A stretch of DNA of 64,000 bases from Eledone cirrhosa (Eukaryota). The position numbers and the translations under genes are program-made. The notes beneath the pieces are model-generated. The model ran no database searches, was not told the origin of the DNA, and was given only the letters and a program-made list of their open reading frames with translations. Location: assembly GCA_964016885.1 (NCBI GenBank), contig OZ024743.1, forward strand, positions 313,658,001 through 313,722,000, written 5' to 3'. Of the stretch, positions 14,906-29,056 are shown piece after piece (positions within the stretch are counted from its first letter, which is position 1; the number at the start of each line of letters is the position of its first letter).

Positions 14906-15189
14906 TGGCTGCCAACTCGTTTTCGAGTACGGCCACTACTTTATATCCATGTAGGAGAACCCCTACCGATGCGTTGAACGAGTGTGACTTTTTAGTCCAG
15001 CCAGCGACTTGAAAACTCTGGTACAAACACTACACTTGTGACAATTATTGACACATAGTGCTGGGCCCATGGTACCATGTGACGACAAGTGCAGAGAGAT
15101 CTCCAGATATAAAGCAATGCCTGTGCCGTGAAGCTTTTATAGTGAGCAAAGGCACTGCACAAAGCCGGTCCCACTCTCTTAACCAAGAT

Positions 15190-15485
15190 GATATTTACCA
15201 AAAAGAAGAACAAGTCAACATCATTGGATACCTTCAGAGTTGCAGGTGTTATATCAGAGTTTTCCTTCTCCTAGAATTCTGCCTTGACAAAGGCTAAGGG
15301 GTCATCTCTCCCAGTGATTTAGGATGGCCTTAAGAGCTCCTTTGCCCTTTGACAGGTTTTGTTTTTAGTCCTGCAGGATGTCCAAAGTCACCCTCCTCAC
15401 CAAGAAACCTTGGTGGGGTTGCCAATTTAGTCGCCAACGACCCGACCATGAGACAGGTTGTACTGGGATACATGTAACAGTAGCA
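15190..15485 (-). mobile_element. Probable RTE-clade LINE 5' region remnant
   Basis: Minus-strand ctaggagaaggaaaactctga motif characteristic of RTE leaders; no ORF. Confidence 0.4.
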
Positions 15486-15784
15486 TATATATATATATAT
15501 TCATGCATACTTACACACATACACACATATATTTATACATGATAATGGAAGCCCTATACTTTTAAGAACGTTAATACAGTCGTATATAAGTGAAGAAAAA
15601 AAAACATGCTATTTTTCTGTTTTCCTTCAAAATAATTTTTTCTCCTAGATTCTGTTAATATAATGTTTAAGACTTATGCTGCGTTGATTGGCTATTACAC
15701 AGCCTCACTAAAGCTATTTAGAAACACATCCTCTCTCACCCTTTCATTTTCTTTCTCTCACACTTTCCGTGTCTTTGTGTCTCT

Positions 15785-16515
<731 letters not shown>

Positions 16516-16765
16516 CTTTCTGACTCTTTGTCTCTCCCTCTCTATCTGACTCTCTCTTTCTCACTCTTTCTCTCCCCCTCTCTCTCTCTCCACTATATTC
16601 CCTGTTCAATTCTCGACGCTATATGAATACTATGAGATCTGAAGACGCAATATAAAGAATATAAAGAATATTGAATTCCATTTAATCTTATTCAGACTCT
16701 TTCACCATTTATGAACTTTCTCACTTCTAATTCTCTCGCATCTATTCCCCTCTAAATAGTTCTTT

Positions 16766-16766
<1 letters not shown>

Positions 16767-16829
<63 letters not shown>

Positions 16830-17620
16830 GCTGATATTACTAGTAATAGTACTGCTACTACTGTTGCTACTACTGCTGCTACTATTACGGTTGCTACTAC
16901 TACTGCTACTACTACTTCTACTAATAAAACATCATCTTCATTTACATCCTATTCTTCTTAATCTTTTGTTAATTTTCATCATCGCCACGCCACTATTACC
17001 TCCACCACCGCAGCCACAACCAACTCTAACACCTAGAGAGCCACCATCACCACAAACACTAATACTACCTGCACCACTACCACCACCACAAACAACAACA
17101 ACACCATCACCAACACTACTACCACCACCAACAACAGCACCAATATCACCACAAGCAACAACACTACCACCAATATCACCACCACCACCACCAACACAAA
17201 CGTTAACACTACCACCACCACCAACAGCAACCACAACACCAATATCACCACAGCAACAACAACAACGCCACTAACATTACCACCACCAACAACAACACCA
17301 GTATCGCTACCACCACCAACAACAGCACCAATATCACCACCAACATTAACAACAACACTACCACCACCAACAACAACAGAAATATCACCACCAACAGCAA
17401 CACACCATCAATATTACCAGCACCAAAACAACAACAGAAATATAACCGCCACCAACAACAACAACGCCACTAATATCAACACTAACAGCGACAACACCAC
17501 CAATATAACCACCATCAACAATACCACCACTAACAACAACACCAACAATAACAATACCGCCAACACCACCACCAATTTCACCACAACCATCACCACTAAC
17601 CATAATGCTACCATCATCAA
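16767..17620. repeat. (CTA)n followed by degenerate (CCA/CAA)n trinucleotide tract
   Basis: Direct reading; explains the Pro/Thr- and Val/Gly-rich pseudo-ORFs. Confidence 0.9.
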
Positions 17621-17999
17621 CTCTAAAATTGCTGTTCCATGTTCAAGGAGATGGTTGTGAGATTTTTGTCTAGTTTTCACCAAATACCAGACATAACGAA
17701 TCCAACTTCCATTCAGACGTTGCCTATCATGTACATCATTCAATGTGTCCCTTCCTTTTTGTGTGTAGACGATCTGCCTGCTATTTCTAGTAGAGTAATT
17801 CGACACATAGAGAGATATTGTCGCTCTACCCATTGACAGAAAGGTTCTTTGTGGTTTCTGAATCAAACGTTTAATGTTGCATATTAAGAACACAAATACG
17901 ATCTGACGTCAAAAGTATATTATTTCTATATAATAATATATTTTTAATTTCGGTCTGAAGATGTTTGGAAGCTCGTCTGACTTTGTCTATTCTAAGGTT

Positions 18000-18860
18000 G
18001 GAGATTCAATCCCTCGGTCAGCTTAACACTGTAAACTATTTCTGATTGGATTTTACGATGTGTTCTTGAGCTAAACACTTCATTTCACATTGCTCCAGTA
18101 TACTCAGCTAGAAATGAGTACCGACAGTATCTAGGGGCTTAACCCTGCGAAAGACTGGCATGATGTCCAGGTGGAACTCTTGTACTATTAGTTGATTAGC
18201 GCCAGGCAAATCGGGATAAGCACCGGCCTGATAAGACACCGGTCTCGAGACAGAATTTAGACATTTTTTCTTTTTAGAACTAGCCCTTACAACTTTCCTA
18301 CCATTTACGACCACGTGTTTTGGTGATTAACTCTGGTCATCTGAAGTCGGACTTTGAACTCTGAATACAAAGTGTATAAATATATTCAACACTTTTCGCT
18401 AATTTGCGAAATGATGAAAAGCAAAGTCAACCTCGATAGAGCTGGAACAAATAACACAAGATATTTTATCCGACGCTCTGTCAACTCTGCTAATAAACTA
18501 TCGTAGTTTACATCATCAAAAATATATTCAATTGTATAAAACAGTACGAACTGATCTGAGTCTGATTTCACTGCAATTTTGTGCTGATCATTTAACCATG
18601 GATTCACAGTTGGCTACCCGCATCTAGATGTTAGTGATTTTGTATTATCGCTCCGGGTAAAACTTGATTGAGCAGAATTATAATAGCTTGTAATTTAGGC
18701 ACAAGGCCCACAATTTCGGGAGGATGGTAAAATCGATTAAATCGACTCAAGTGCATTACTGGTACTTTATTTTATCGACCGAGTAAAGATGAACGGTGAA
18801 ATTTGAACTCAGAACATAAAGGGACGTAAAATGCCACAAAGTATGTTATCCAAGGCGCCA
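18000..18860. mobile_element. Cluster of SINE remnants (18000-18250 +; 18400-18490 -; 18695-18860 -)
   Basis: Matches to the SINE motifs repeated elsewhere in the window. Confidence 0.55.
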
Positions 18861-19562
18861 CCTGTCTTGTACAGAATTATAACGAAAAGCATTCCAATTA
18901 CGACGATTCTTTCTTTTTATTGTTAACGTGGCTACTTCATATAATACTCTCTATCGGTTATTTCTAGCCCGTCTTATTACCACATATATTCTCGCCAGTT
19001 GGCTTTTTGAGGTTAAATATTATTTTTTTTAAATGCCCCATTTGATAAAGTTTCCATCAGGTCAAGTATAATTTGATTTATTTGGAATTATATGGTACCT
19101 TGACCCTTTATAAAATTGTATATTGTGATTCTATTAAGGGAGGTTTGGGTCTGCCATTTCTCGCACGAATTCCGACCACGTAGAAATTGTTTTGTCCCAT
19201 TGAGGCTAAATGTCATTTGGGAAGGTGTTATATTCGATATAGCTTTTATCAGACCGAGCATAATTTGATCTTCATTGGGAGGAATATTATTGATCCTCTG
19301 GCAGTGCACAGCCGATGACCTTAATTATAGGTTAATTATAAGTAATTACAGATAAAACTGTAAATAATAGATTGAAATAGGTAACCTCTTGCAAATACCC
19401 GATATTTGGCTGGTTTTCAAAATATCGAGAAAGTTTAGTTGAAATATTCCCCGCAGAGTTCTGTAGAAATATATATTTATGTCTTTGTGGTGACATTGAT
19501 TAGCGCTTGTCTTTCTTTCGATATTGAACAACCATTATGTGTGTATGTCTATGTGTGTGTGT

Positions 19563-19624
<62 letters not shown>

Positions 19625-20179
19625 ACCTCCGTCGGTTACGACTACGTGTGTTCCAGAGTTTCTGGCCCTTTTCCTCGGTAACGCTTTTGTTGTTTTGTCC
19701 GCGGGTCGCTCTCACTGGATTGTAGTGACTGTCCCTCCCCCTTTCTCTTTCTTTCACCGATAGATCCTTCTTTCTTTTTCTCTTTTCTTCTTCTTTTTCT
19801 GATCCCTTTAGTAGGAAAGTCTCGTCTGTGAAATTAACGTGGAAGTAACTGAGCATTTCACAGACATGAGCAGCGTTAACATAGTTCTATGAGAGTTGTA
19901 GTCTTGTGCAGTATGGAACAAGGCTGGCCATTTGAATTACCAGTAAAACATATTTTTGCCATTCTAGTGAACTGAAACGACGTAACATAGAGTGTTCTGT
20001 TCAAGGACACAGGCTTAGCCGAGGATAAAAATCATGAGGTTAGGATATAGACCCAAGTCCCTTTACCAACCTTCATTGAACAACGATTGAACATTTGAAT
20101 ACTTAGTATTGGCTTTTGGAGGTGGTTGTCGTTGTTCTTGTTATGGCTCCTGCCTCAAAATGTATAACTAGCCTCTTAC

Positions 20180-20440
20180 AACATGGAACATCATTGACAT
20201 TTATTGGATGTTATAAGTGGATAATGACCGAAAGAATACGATCGAGCATACACGAGGCTGCTGGAATACATGCTTGAGGACTCTGTCGAAGAAGAAAAAA
20301 AGAGAAAAAAAGAAGAAACAAAAATCTCGTTTAGATTTGGGCTCAGATCGTTGCAAGCTTCAAGAAATGTTCCATGGAAGTGTGCCATGAGCCTATGCCA
20401 AATCTCTGAGGTAAGGTGTTCTCCAGCAGGAGCCTTTAGA
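20180..20440 (+). pseudogene. Possible decayed RTE ORF C-terminal remnant
   Basis: YDRAYTRLL and NVPWK..QISE resemble the RTE tail (LDG.YTR.LR..LNV.W...LP.IS); heavily degraded. Confidence 0.3.
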
Positions 20441-20754
20441 GAAGCTGGGTGAATTAAAAGCAATGTTGGCCTGAAGATGTTTGTTCAAAAAGCAAAGAGC
20501 CGTATAAAATGCAGCAAGGCCTTTAACCCGACGGAATTGCATGACAAGTGTCATATGCCATCGGTTTACTATGTCTCCATTTTGAAAATGATAATGATAT
20601 GGTCCCGTAACTCCCGATGGAGTCGCAGGGGAACCGTAATGGCACAGAGCTTTTCTTCTTCATTTTCAGCCTAGCGAACCCAAACTATGTCTGAATAGAA
20701 CCGATTTCTTCCAGAGAAGGATAAACATTGAGAGGTAGTGAAATAGCGGGACAG

Positions 20755-20900
20755 AGGAAGAATCACTCCCAGTATAAGACTGGCACTATTTTCTTCATCG
20801 ATTTTGAAAAGCTGAAATGTAAAGTTAACCTCGAGGGGAGTGCAGAGAGCCGGAACAAATATTGCAACGCATTCCAGCCGAAGTGCTAATGACTCTTGCA
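20755..20900 (-). mobile_element. SINE copy, core family
   Basis: ccagta.aagactggcactatttt..atcga..gaaatgtaaagttaacctcg. Confidence 0.55.
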
Positions 20901-21093
20901 AATTCTACTTTGATAACATCTAGTTAATATGGATGGACATAAGAATTACTGCGTTTAGCTTATATTTTGAGAAACTGATTTCCCGTTTACATATATTTGT
21001 TGATGTTGATGTGTAGATTAAGTTCACCACTGACTGAGCTGAATTATGATCAAAAGCAACCAAGTTAAGAATAGCATTACATTATCTAATGCC

Positions 21094-21211
<118 letters not shown>

Positions 21212-21215
21212 ATTA

Positions 21216-21249
<34 letters not shown>

Positions 21250-21447
21250 GGTTTGTTCGGACATGTTTTTGCTCGCTCCCAGTAAGTCGCTTTATTTAGC
21301 TGTTATAATTATTTGTTGTTAAATTTTCTTGTTGTGTAAGGGATATAAGCCCTTGGACTTTGCCCTGTAAAGGGGAAAGTATAATATTTGGGCCTTTTGG
21401 CCCAAATATTCGAACATTTTACATTTAAAAAAAACAAACAAACATCA

Positions 21448-23324
21448 ATGTGTCTGCTGTCGTGTGACAACGGCGTAAAAGTTGAGAGGGGAGTTACAGA
21501 AATTGATACAACAAACACCACCATAAACAACGTGAACAAAGACAACTAATTTTTAAAAAAATTACCACACCAACGACAACAATAACAGCGACAACGAAAA
21601 TACAGACAACAGAAAAAATGACAGCAAATGCAACAACGATATTAAAACCACTAACAAGAAAATAAACAACGACAACACGATACAAGAAAATAAACAACGA
21701 CAGCAACAATATAAATTGCACCGAAAACAAGAGTCGCACCAAATGCTCAACCAACTATAACAGTGATAACAGCAACAACACCAACAACACCTTTTGTAGC
21801 AGTAGCAACAGCAACAGCACCAACAACAAGACCAGTGGCAGAAGTAGCGGCAGCAATAATGGTGCCGCTGAAAAAGGGGCCACTACTTTCGCAGGTCTGG
21901 CCCGAAATATAGAGACAGTGCTAGTCACAGAGGAGAAGATTGCAGTTGCAAGAGCGATGGTGACAAGAAATGACAATAGAGTTTCCCTGAAACCTCCACC
22001 CAATTTCTTCAAAGACCAGCAGCTGCGCACGGTGACTTACCGCACCGTAAGCAAAATGTCACATCGGATGGGGAGAGCCACGGAGGCTCAAATCCAAACG
22101 GCCTAGTGGTGCGTGTGGGCGCGCAAAACCCACATCACCCGAGGCAAAAAGTACGCCACAGTAGACCTACATTTTGCCACCCCCATACCTTGGCTGGCCG
22201 CGTCTGTACTTGCTGTAATCGAGGACAGGACCAACATACTGCAAATACAGAGAAAGGGAAGAGATAACTGGCCAGGTATAGGCATGCAAATGCTAATACA
22301 AACTGACTAGGAGTGCATCGAGGCCATCCCAGATATCATATACCTCGAGGAAGGTCTCCAAATACCTATACGCGTGGAAGGAAGGCGCCCAAAATGCTAT
22401 CTCTGTGATCAAAAGGGTCACCGCCGGGCCTTCTGCCCGCAGAAAACAGTCAAGAAGAGGTCCTTCTCCTTCCGACGCCTGATACGCTGCTACCAAGAGC
22501 AGGGCAGGCAACAGAGGCAGAAGACCCTTCCATGGTGAGTAGGGGGGCAATGTCCGTGGCACGCACACCAAGGCCGCGGACAATTAAAACAGCGGCAGCA
22601 GTAGCGGCAACACCAACAGTTGCAGTAGCTACACAGGCGGCAAAATCGCAGGAGTGGGATCCACTACCGCCACCAACAGCTGTGGAGCTCATACTCCTAC
22701 CAGATGCCACGGAATCCGATATGGAGTATGAGGCGGTTGTGAAGTGGCAAGAGGTCTGCCACAAAAGACAAAAACGAAAAAACCACTTAGCTTCGCCCTC
22801 CAAAAGCGAAGACAAACAAAGAAGGGTAAAGGTTGCAAGGAGACTTGCAGCAACACCACCACCATCACCATCACCACCACAAGCATCACCACCAACAACA
22901 ACCACACCACCACCACCATCACCAAAAACACCAACATCGCAAACACAACAAAGCACACACACCGAACAACAACAACAACAACAAGAAAACAGCAAGAACA
23001 CCACACCTCCACCCCCCACCCCCAAAAGAAAAGTACACAGCCATAAATATTGCACACCAAGGACTACTGAAACATATAAAACAACACACAGACATTAAAG
23101 ACTCAAATTACCACCCCCCACCAACACCAAGAACGTTACCAAAAAACATAAACATAATGGAAATTGAACTCGAAGACTACAAAAAATTAAAACAAAAATT
23201 CCCCAACTGCGTTGGGGATTTCAGGGGTCACTCTCCAAGAGGATCTATAAAGATATCGTATGGAGACACCCATGACCAGCCGAAGGGACGGTTCTACTGT
23301 CCCTTCCCCACACGATCAAGGTAA
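21448..23324 (+). pseudogene. Tx1 ORF1 (gag-like, zinc knuckle), disrupted
   Basis: EGRRPKCYLCDQKGHRRAFCP at ~22379-22441; C-terminal YKKLKQKFP..VG block aligns with copy B ORF1. Confidence 0.8.
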
Positions 23325-23360
23325 GTGATCCTTTCTCACTTAGCCCGTTTCTCATCCAGC

Positions 23361-26300
23361 ATGGCCGTACTTAGAATAGGCAGTATAAATGTACGTGGAC
23401 TGGGGTCATCTTGGAAGCAGGGTAACTTGCTGAACGACCACAAGTCACTAAACATAGATGTGGTGGCCATCAGCGAGACCAGAATCTCCGAAGCACGAGC
23501 CTTCGCACTGATCTTCGGCGGCAACGATGTATACGCATCTCCCAGCCGTCCAGGATCGGGGGGAGGAGTTGCTGTGCTTTTTCGGAGAGGCTTGGATCTC
23601 GCCATACGAGCCATCTTCCTGGACCCAGAAGGTAAGTCGGTGGTGCTGGACGTGACCGACAGCGAAGGCAATGCTAGTAGCCGTCTACGCCCCAACAGAC
23701 GTCTAGAGGCCTTTGTTGGAACGTCTCGCTCTTTAGTGTTAGTGGGCGACTGGAACGGTATCTTAGATGCACGCTGGGATTATGTGGGACCAGTAGACGG
23801 AAGGAGGGTGTAAAAACCTCAACAACCTGCTCATACGTTTTGAACTCTCTGACAGGTATAGACTGGATTATCCGAATGTGCCAATGTGGACATGGGCAAA
23901 CCGCATCTGGTCAACCATATCGTATTTAGATAGGGTATTATGTAGGTAAACAGATAAAGCTAGTGTAGGTTGTCCACATTTTAAAGTAGTCGACTACACG
24001 GACCACACATTAGTAATCTGTGAAGTTGACGTAGATAGACTCCATAGGCAAGGGCTCGGTTACTGGAAGCTGAACGCGTCGTTCCCGGCGCGCAAAGCTT
24101 ACAGAGACCGGATTAGCGAATTAGTTTAGCGTGCGTTGACGGGTACGATCGTCAACAACAGGTGGTGGTTTACATTGAAAAGGACTATTAGAGTAGAATC
24201 GATAAGGTTTAACAAAGCAGTAGTGATAGAGGAAAATAGAATAGAGGCAGAGTTAGATAGAAAGCTAGAATAGGCGTTTAGGACAGGCATCGCAAACGAC
24301 GTGTTTGCAGCGAGATTAGCACTCGAACAATTCTTCAGCGCAAAACATGAAAGCTGCGTTGTCAAAGCTAGAGCGCGTGCTCTAAGACACGAGGGGACGA
24401 AAGCCGTTCAATGGGCCCGGGTGTCGCGACGTGGCAACAAGTCCACAATTCGGTCTTTGCCTGATCAAAACAGGCGCATGCTGCTCGAACCCGAGCATAT
24501 GTGCGCGACTTTTCAACAGCACTTTGCTCAACTGTTCGGAATCGGCGGCGGGCTGGATGGGTGTATGGACTTCGGTGCATACCTCGACGGACTGCCACGG
24601 CTCTCGACGACCGCAGCGCAGTGCTGCGAAAGGCCGATAACAGCAGGTGAAATACGGGAAGCGATGTCTGACTGCACGAGGGGTAAATCGCCAGGTTTGG
24701 ATGGTCTACCCTACGAGCTTTATACGTATATGCCAGACTTGTTCGGCGACCTCTTGGCAGATGTCTACTGCAACTGGCATCAGAACGGGAGCATTCCCAG
24801 TTTTATTAGTCGAGGAGCGGTGGCGCTTCTGATAAAAGACCCGAACAAGGGGATCATTATAGACAACTTCAGGCCCATAACTCTGCTAAACGCAGAGTTT
24901 CAGATTTTTTTCATGGTGTTAGCAAAGAGATTGGCTCTTGTCGTCGGGGATCTGGTGGGAGAGGCGCAGATATGCGCCATTCCGGACATATCCATCCACG
25001 ACAACCTCCATCTCATGTGGTACATCATAGAGAGGGTGGTTAATGAACCTGGCACGGTGTGGGACCCTGATCAAGTCGGATCAATCTAAAACATTTGATT
25101 GGGTCGACCATAGGTACCTGGCTGCAGTCCTCGAAGGCGGCCGGCTTCGGACCCGTTCGTTTGTAGGGGCTGGATCGCTGCGATGCACAGCGACATCTGC
25201 TCGATTGTGAGGGTGAATGGTCACCTGTCGCAGCCTTTCGGCATCATGCGCTCGGTCCGCCATGGTTGCCCCCTCCCGTCCCTCTTGTACGTACTGGCCC
25301 TCGAGCCGTTACAGCACACATTGGAGACGATGAGGAGGGGTCCCATACGAACTGAGATGCAGGAGATCCGTGTCAGCTTATGCCGATGATGTCACCGTGG
25401 TGGTGTCGAGCACTAAATACGTCCAGATGCTCGGCACCGCTCTCAAGGAATACGAAGCGGTGACAGGAGCAAAGATAAACAAAAAATGTCGGTGGGCTTG
25501 CAACGCGGCACCTGGAGTGGCAAGTCCATGCCGTCCGACAGCGTCGTGGGGCGCTGGATGGAAGGACCGGTTAAATTGCTCGGGGTCTGGTTCGGTCCGG
25601 ACCTCCAGATGGAGAAAGTCTGGAGCGAGGTGACGAGCAGGTTGGGTTCTCTTACCCAGAAATGGGCCGAGAGGAGGCTGTCTCTGAAAGGTCCAGCGGA
25701 GGTAGCGAATGCGCACATCGCGTCATCTGCTACCGCCTGAGTATCGTACCTTGCCCCCACCCAAATCTGAGCAAAAATGAAGCGCCTTCTCTTCCGCCTT
25801 TTGTGGAAGAGACGGGCTCCCATGGTCAGACGATCCATTTGCTGTCAACAACCGTTGCGTGGAGAATAGGCATGCCGTAGCTGATGATGCGCAAACATGC
25901 GCTGAGACTGCGACATCTCTGGTGGTTTCTTGCTGCCAGACGCGCTTTTCCCCATTTCGTCTCCTTGACGGAGCTGCAGTCTTGGACCAGGAAAAGACCG
26001 AGGAGGGATAGCGCTTGGAATCTGGAATGTCTCACACGCTCACCGCCTTCTACCAGCTGGGCACTAGTATCGGTGGAACATCCACCTCGGCGTTTTATAG
26101 AGGGCTAATGGAGGGAAAGGTCGACGACGTTCTCGGGGAGACCCTTGGCGTAGAAGAAGATCAGCTGTTCGCTCTCTTCAAGAGAACTTTCAGACCGGGG
26201 CCTATGGACAACTTCCAGAAATCCCTGGCCTGGCAATGCTACCAGGGAGCGTTGCCGGTTCGGTATAAGCTCTACAAGCACGGTGTGCTGTCATCCGAGC

Positions 26301-26713
26301 CTGTCCGAGATGCACGCAGGGCGACGAAACCGTCCTGTACGCACTCGTGCCCGAGGATTGCTGACTTGTGGAGCTATGTCGAACTGTTGCTGTCGCGTGT
26401 AGGACCTATCCGGTTATCGACTGAGTCAATTGTGCAGACGGTCTCACCGTCTTCCTTTGAGGATGAAGTGCAGGCCGTTTTCATCTGCCTGGTGGCCATG
26501 GCGAAAGAGATTGTGTGGTGGACAAGGTTGAAAGGGTTAAAGACAGACACTTTCCTCTTCGGCGAATCCCTGATTAACTTTTTCAAGTTTTACTTGAAGA
26601 GGAAAATCAGGGTTGAGAGACAAGTGCTGTCTTCTAGCAAGTTTGTTGAAAGGTGGGTGAATGTAGCGAGAATGGTCCGAGTGAACGGGACGGTACTGAA
26701 TGTACGCTTGTAG
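23361..26713 (+). pseudogene. Tx1 ORF2 (APE endonuclease, RT, C-terminal zinc finger), multiple stops and frameshifts
   Basis: SINVRGL, GDWN, KSPGLDGLPYE, NFRPITLLN, SAYADD across several frames. Confidence 0.92.
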
Positions 26714-27028
26714 TTTGAGGAATGGGAAACATTTGAGAGAGGGCGCTTGCCTTGGTGGTCAGGGTGGTCGTGGTCTTTTGTGTGGTTTTTGCCACGAGTA
26801 ACCCTCGAAGGTTTCCCCACTATTGGGGAATTTTTCATTGTTTGAATTTTCATTTTTATTGTTTATATATATATGTTTCTATGTCTTTTTTCCTTTTCGT
26901 TTCTTATATAAATAATAAAAATCTTTAAACGCACAAGACCGACATCGTACCGTCCTGTGCTGTCTGTAATGTTTTTCTTGATGTCAGCCCTTGTGGCCAA
27001 TAAAGAAATCATTATTATTATTATTATT

Positions 27029-28243
27029 GTTCTTTGAGTCACAGTCATTGATGTTAGTTAACTGGAAAGTGTGTTGAAATGAATATCAAGCCGCTACCAG
27101 CAGCCTCAGATATTCAGGACGTATCGGCGGGCCTTTCCTGTTCCCAGCAAGCATGCCTTTTGAAGTGTTCCAAAAAGCGGGGCTGGACTAATCTTCTTTA
27201 ACCATCCGTGGAAACCCTGTGAGATAGTACCTAGTGCGCCTATGACAATCGGGACCACTTTGACCTCATGGCAGTTCCAAATCCTTTTTACCTCCCACTT
27301 TAAGTTCTGGTATTGGTTAATTTTCTCCCTCTCCTTTTCTTGCACTCTCGTGTCAAATGGGCAGGCAACATCTACAATCAGGCACGATCTTTTTTCCTTG
27401 TCCAAAACCACCATGTCAGGCCTATTGTGTTCTAATTTCTTGTCCGTCTGTATCCTAAAATCCCATAGCACCTTCACCTGATCGTTTTCTATCACCGACT
27501 CTGGCTTATGCTCCTACCACTTCTCAGAATATGGTAAATTGTTTACTTTGCATAGATGCTAGTGGATCACCCTGTCTATCACATCATGTCTCCAGCCTTT
27601 ATAGTGAGTCTGGGCTAGGTGTTTACACTCGGATACAATGTGAGCCAGAGTCTCCTCTCTCTCTCCACAGCCTCCTCCTTATATATATGGTGTTTCACCC
27701 ACTTCGTTCTGAGGACCTGCTTTTGCGCAGCCATTAGCATTCCTTCTGTAGCCTTTTTAAGGTCTCTTTTTAATCAGTTCCATGTCTGTGGATCTCTAAA
27801 TTCAGTTTTCTTAACGAAGGTACTATGAAGGGATTTTTCATGAAGGTTGCTCTTCCTCCTTGGACATCCCTGGTCCATTGTCTTCGCCTTCAGTACAATT
27901 TTGAGCATTGGCTCCCCACTGTCAGTTACGTATTACTGCAGGTTGTTTTTCTCCATCTAAACAGAGTCCTCTATGCTGATAAGACCTCTTCCTCCTTCAG
28001 ATCTCCTTAAGTAGAGTCTATCGACATCACTCCTCTTGCGGAACATGTTGTAGATAGTCAATAGCTTCCTAGTCTTCCTATCCATTTCTTTTTGTTCAGC
28101 AACATTCCATTTCCGAATTCCCGCACTGTACCTAATAATAGACACAGCTCGGGAATTCGCTGCACTTATGATATTCCTACTATTAAGATGTGATTTTAAT
28201 ACGCTCCTTACTCTCCTAATGTACTCAGATCTTATCAATTCCT
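27029..28243 (-). mobile_element. 5'-truncated, decayed R4/Dong-type element, family 1
   Basis: WDFRIQTDKKLEHNRPD..IVDVACP..EREKI restriction-like endonuclease; ATT repeats on both sides. Confidence 0.9.
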
Positions 28244-28265
28244 GTTTATTATTATTATTGTTATT

Positions 28266-28773
28266 GTTCTTTGAGTCTCAGTCATTGATGTTAGTTAACT
28301 GGAAAGTTTGTTGAAATGAATATCAAGCTACTACCTGCAGCCTCAGATATTCAGGACATATCGGAGGGTTCTTGCTGTTACCAGCAAGCATGCCTTTTGA
28401 AGCGTTCCAAAAAGCGTGGCGGGGCCAATTTTCTTTAACCATCCCTGGAAACCTTTTGAGATAGTACCTAGTGCGCCTATGACAATCGAGACCACTTTGA
28501 CTTCATGGCAGTTCCAAATCCTTTTCACATCCCACTTTAAGTCCTGGTATCGCTTAATTTTCTCCCTCTCCTTCTCTTGCACTCTCGTGTCGAATGGTCA
28601 GGCCACATCCACAATCAGGCACGATCTTTTTTCTTTGTCCAAAACCACCAGGTCAGGTCTATTGTGTTCCAGTTTCTAGTCCGTCTGTATCCTAAAATCC
28701 CACAGCACCTTCACCTGATCGTTTTCTATCACCGACTGTGGCTTATGCTCATACCACTTCTCAGAATGTGGTA

Positions 28774-28774
<1 letters not shown>
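28266..28774 (-). mobile_element. 5'-truncated R4/Dong-type element, family 1
   Basis: Same 3' end and endonuclease tail; flanked by (ATT)n. Confidence 0.9.
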
Positions 28775-28807
<33 letters not shown>

Positions 28808-28808
<1 letters not shown>

Positions 28809-28956
28809 TCTTTGAGTCTCAGTCATTGATGTTAGTTAACTGGAAAGTTTGTTGAAATGAATATCAAGCCACTACCTGCAGCCTCAGATATTCAGGACGT
28901 ATCGGAGGGTTCTTGCTGTTCCCAGCAAGCATGCATTTTGAAGCGTGCCAAAAAGC
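28808..28956 (-). mobile_element. Very short 3' fragment of R4/Dong family 1
   Basis: 3' UTR and last codons match neighbouring copies. Confidence 0.85.
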
Positions 28957-29056
28957 ACCAATGGGTCTCAGTTCTTCATCACAACTGTACCGACAGCATG
29001 GTAAGGGCATTTTTATATTTATTATTATTATTATTATTATTATTGTTGTTGTTATT

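Larger units (their letters stand above)
21250..27010 (+). mobile_element. Full-length but decayed Tx1-clade LINE (copy A) in (ATT)n
   Basis: (ATT)n on both sides; ORF1 and ORF2 remnants homologous to 35663-41438; ends gtggccaataaagaaatc(ATT)n. Confidence 0.92.

Noticed and set aside
16635-16700. CTGAAGA followed by caatat/atattg helix
   Set aside because: No GAAA or cleavage triplet; at most a decayed relic
16864-17603. Mucin/extensin-like Pro-Thr and Gly-Val ORFs
   Set aside because: Degenerate trinucleotide tract; no credible start or splice context
17620-17893. Possible host exon on the minus strand
   Set aside because: No recognisable domain, no clear donor, no partner exons
19088-19445. 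Faint PLE RT-like words (LNFLDI, NIPP) on the minus strand
   Set aside because: Too degraded to support a call by eye
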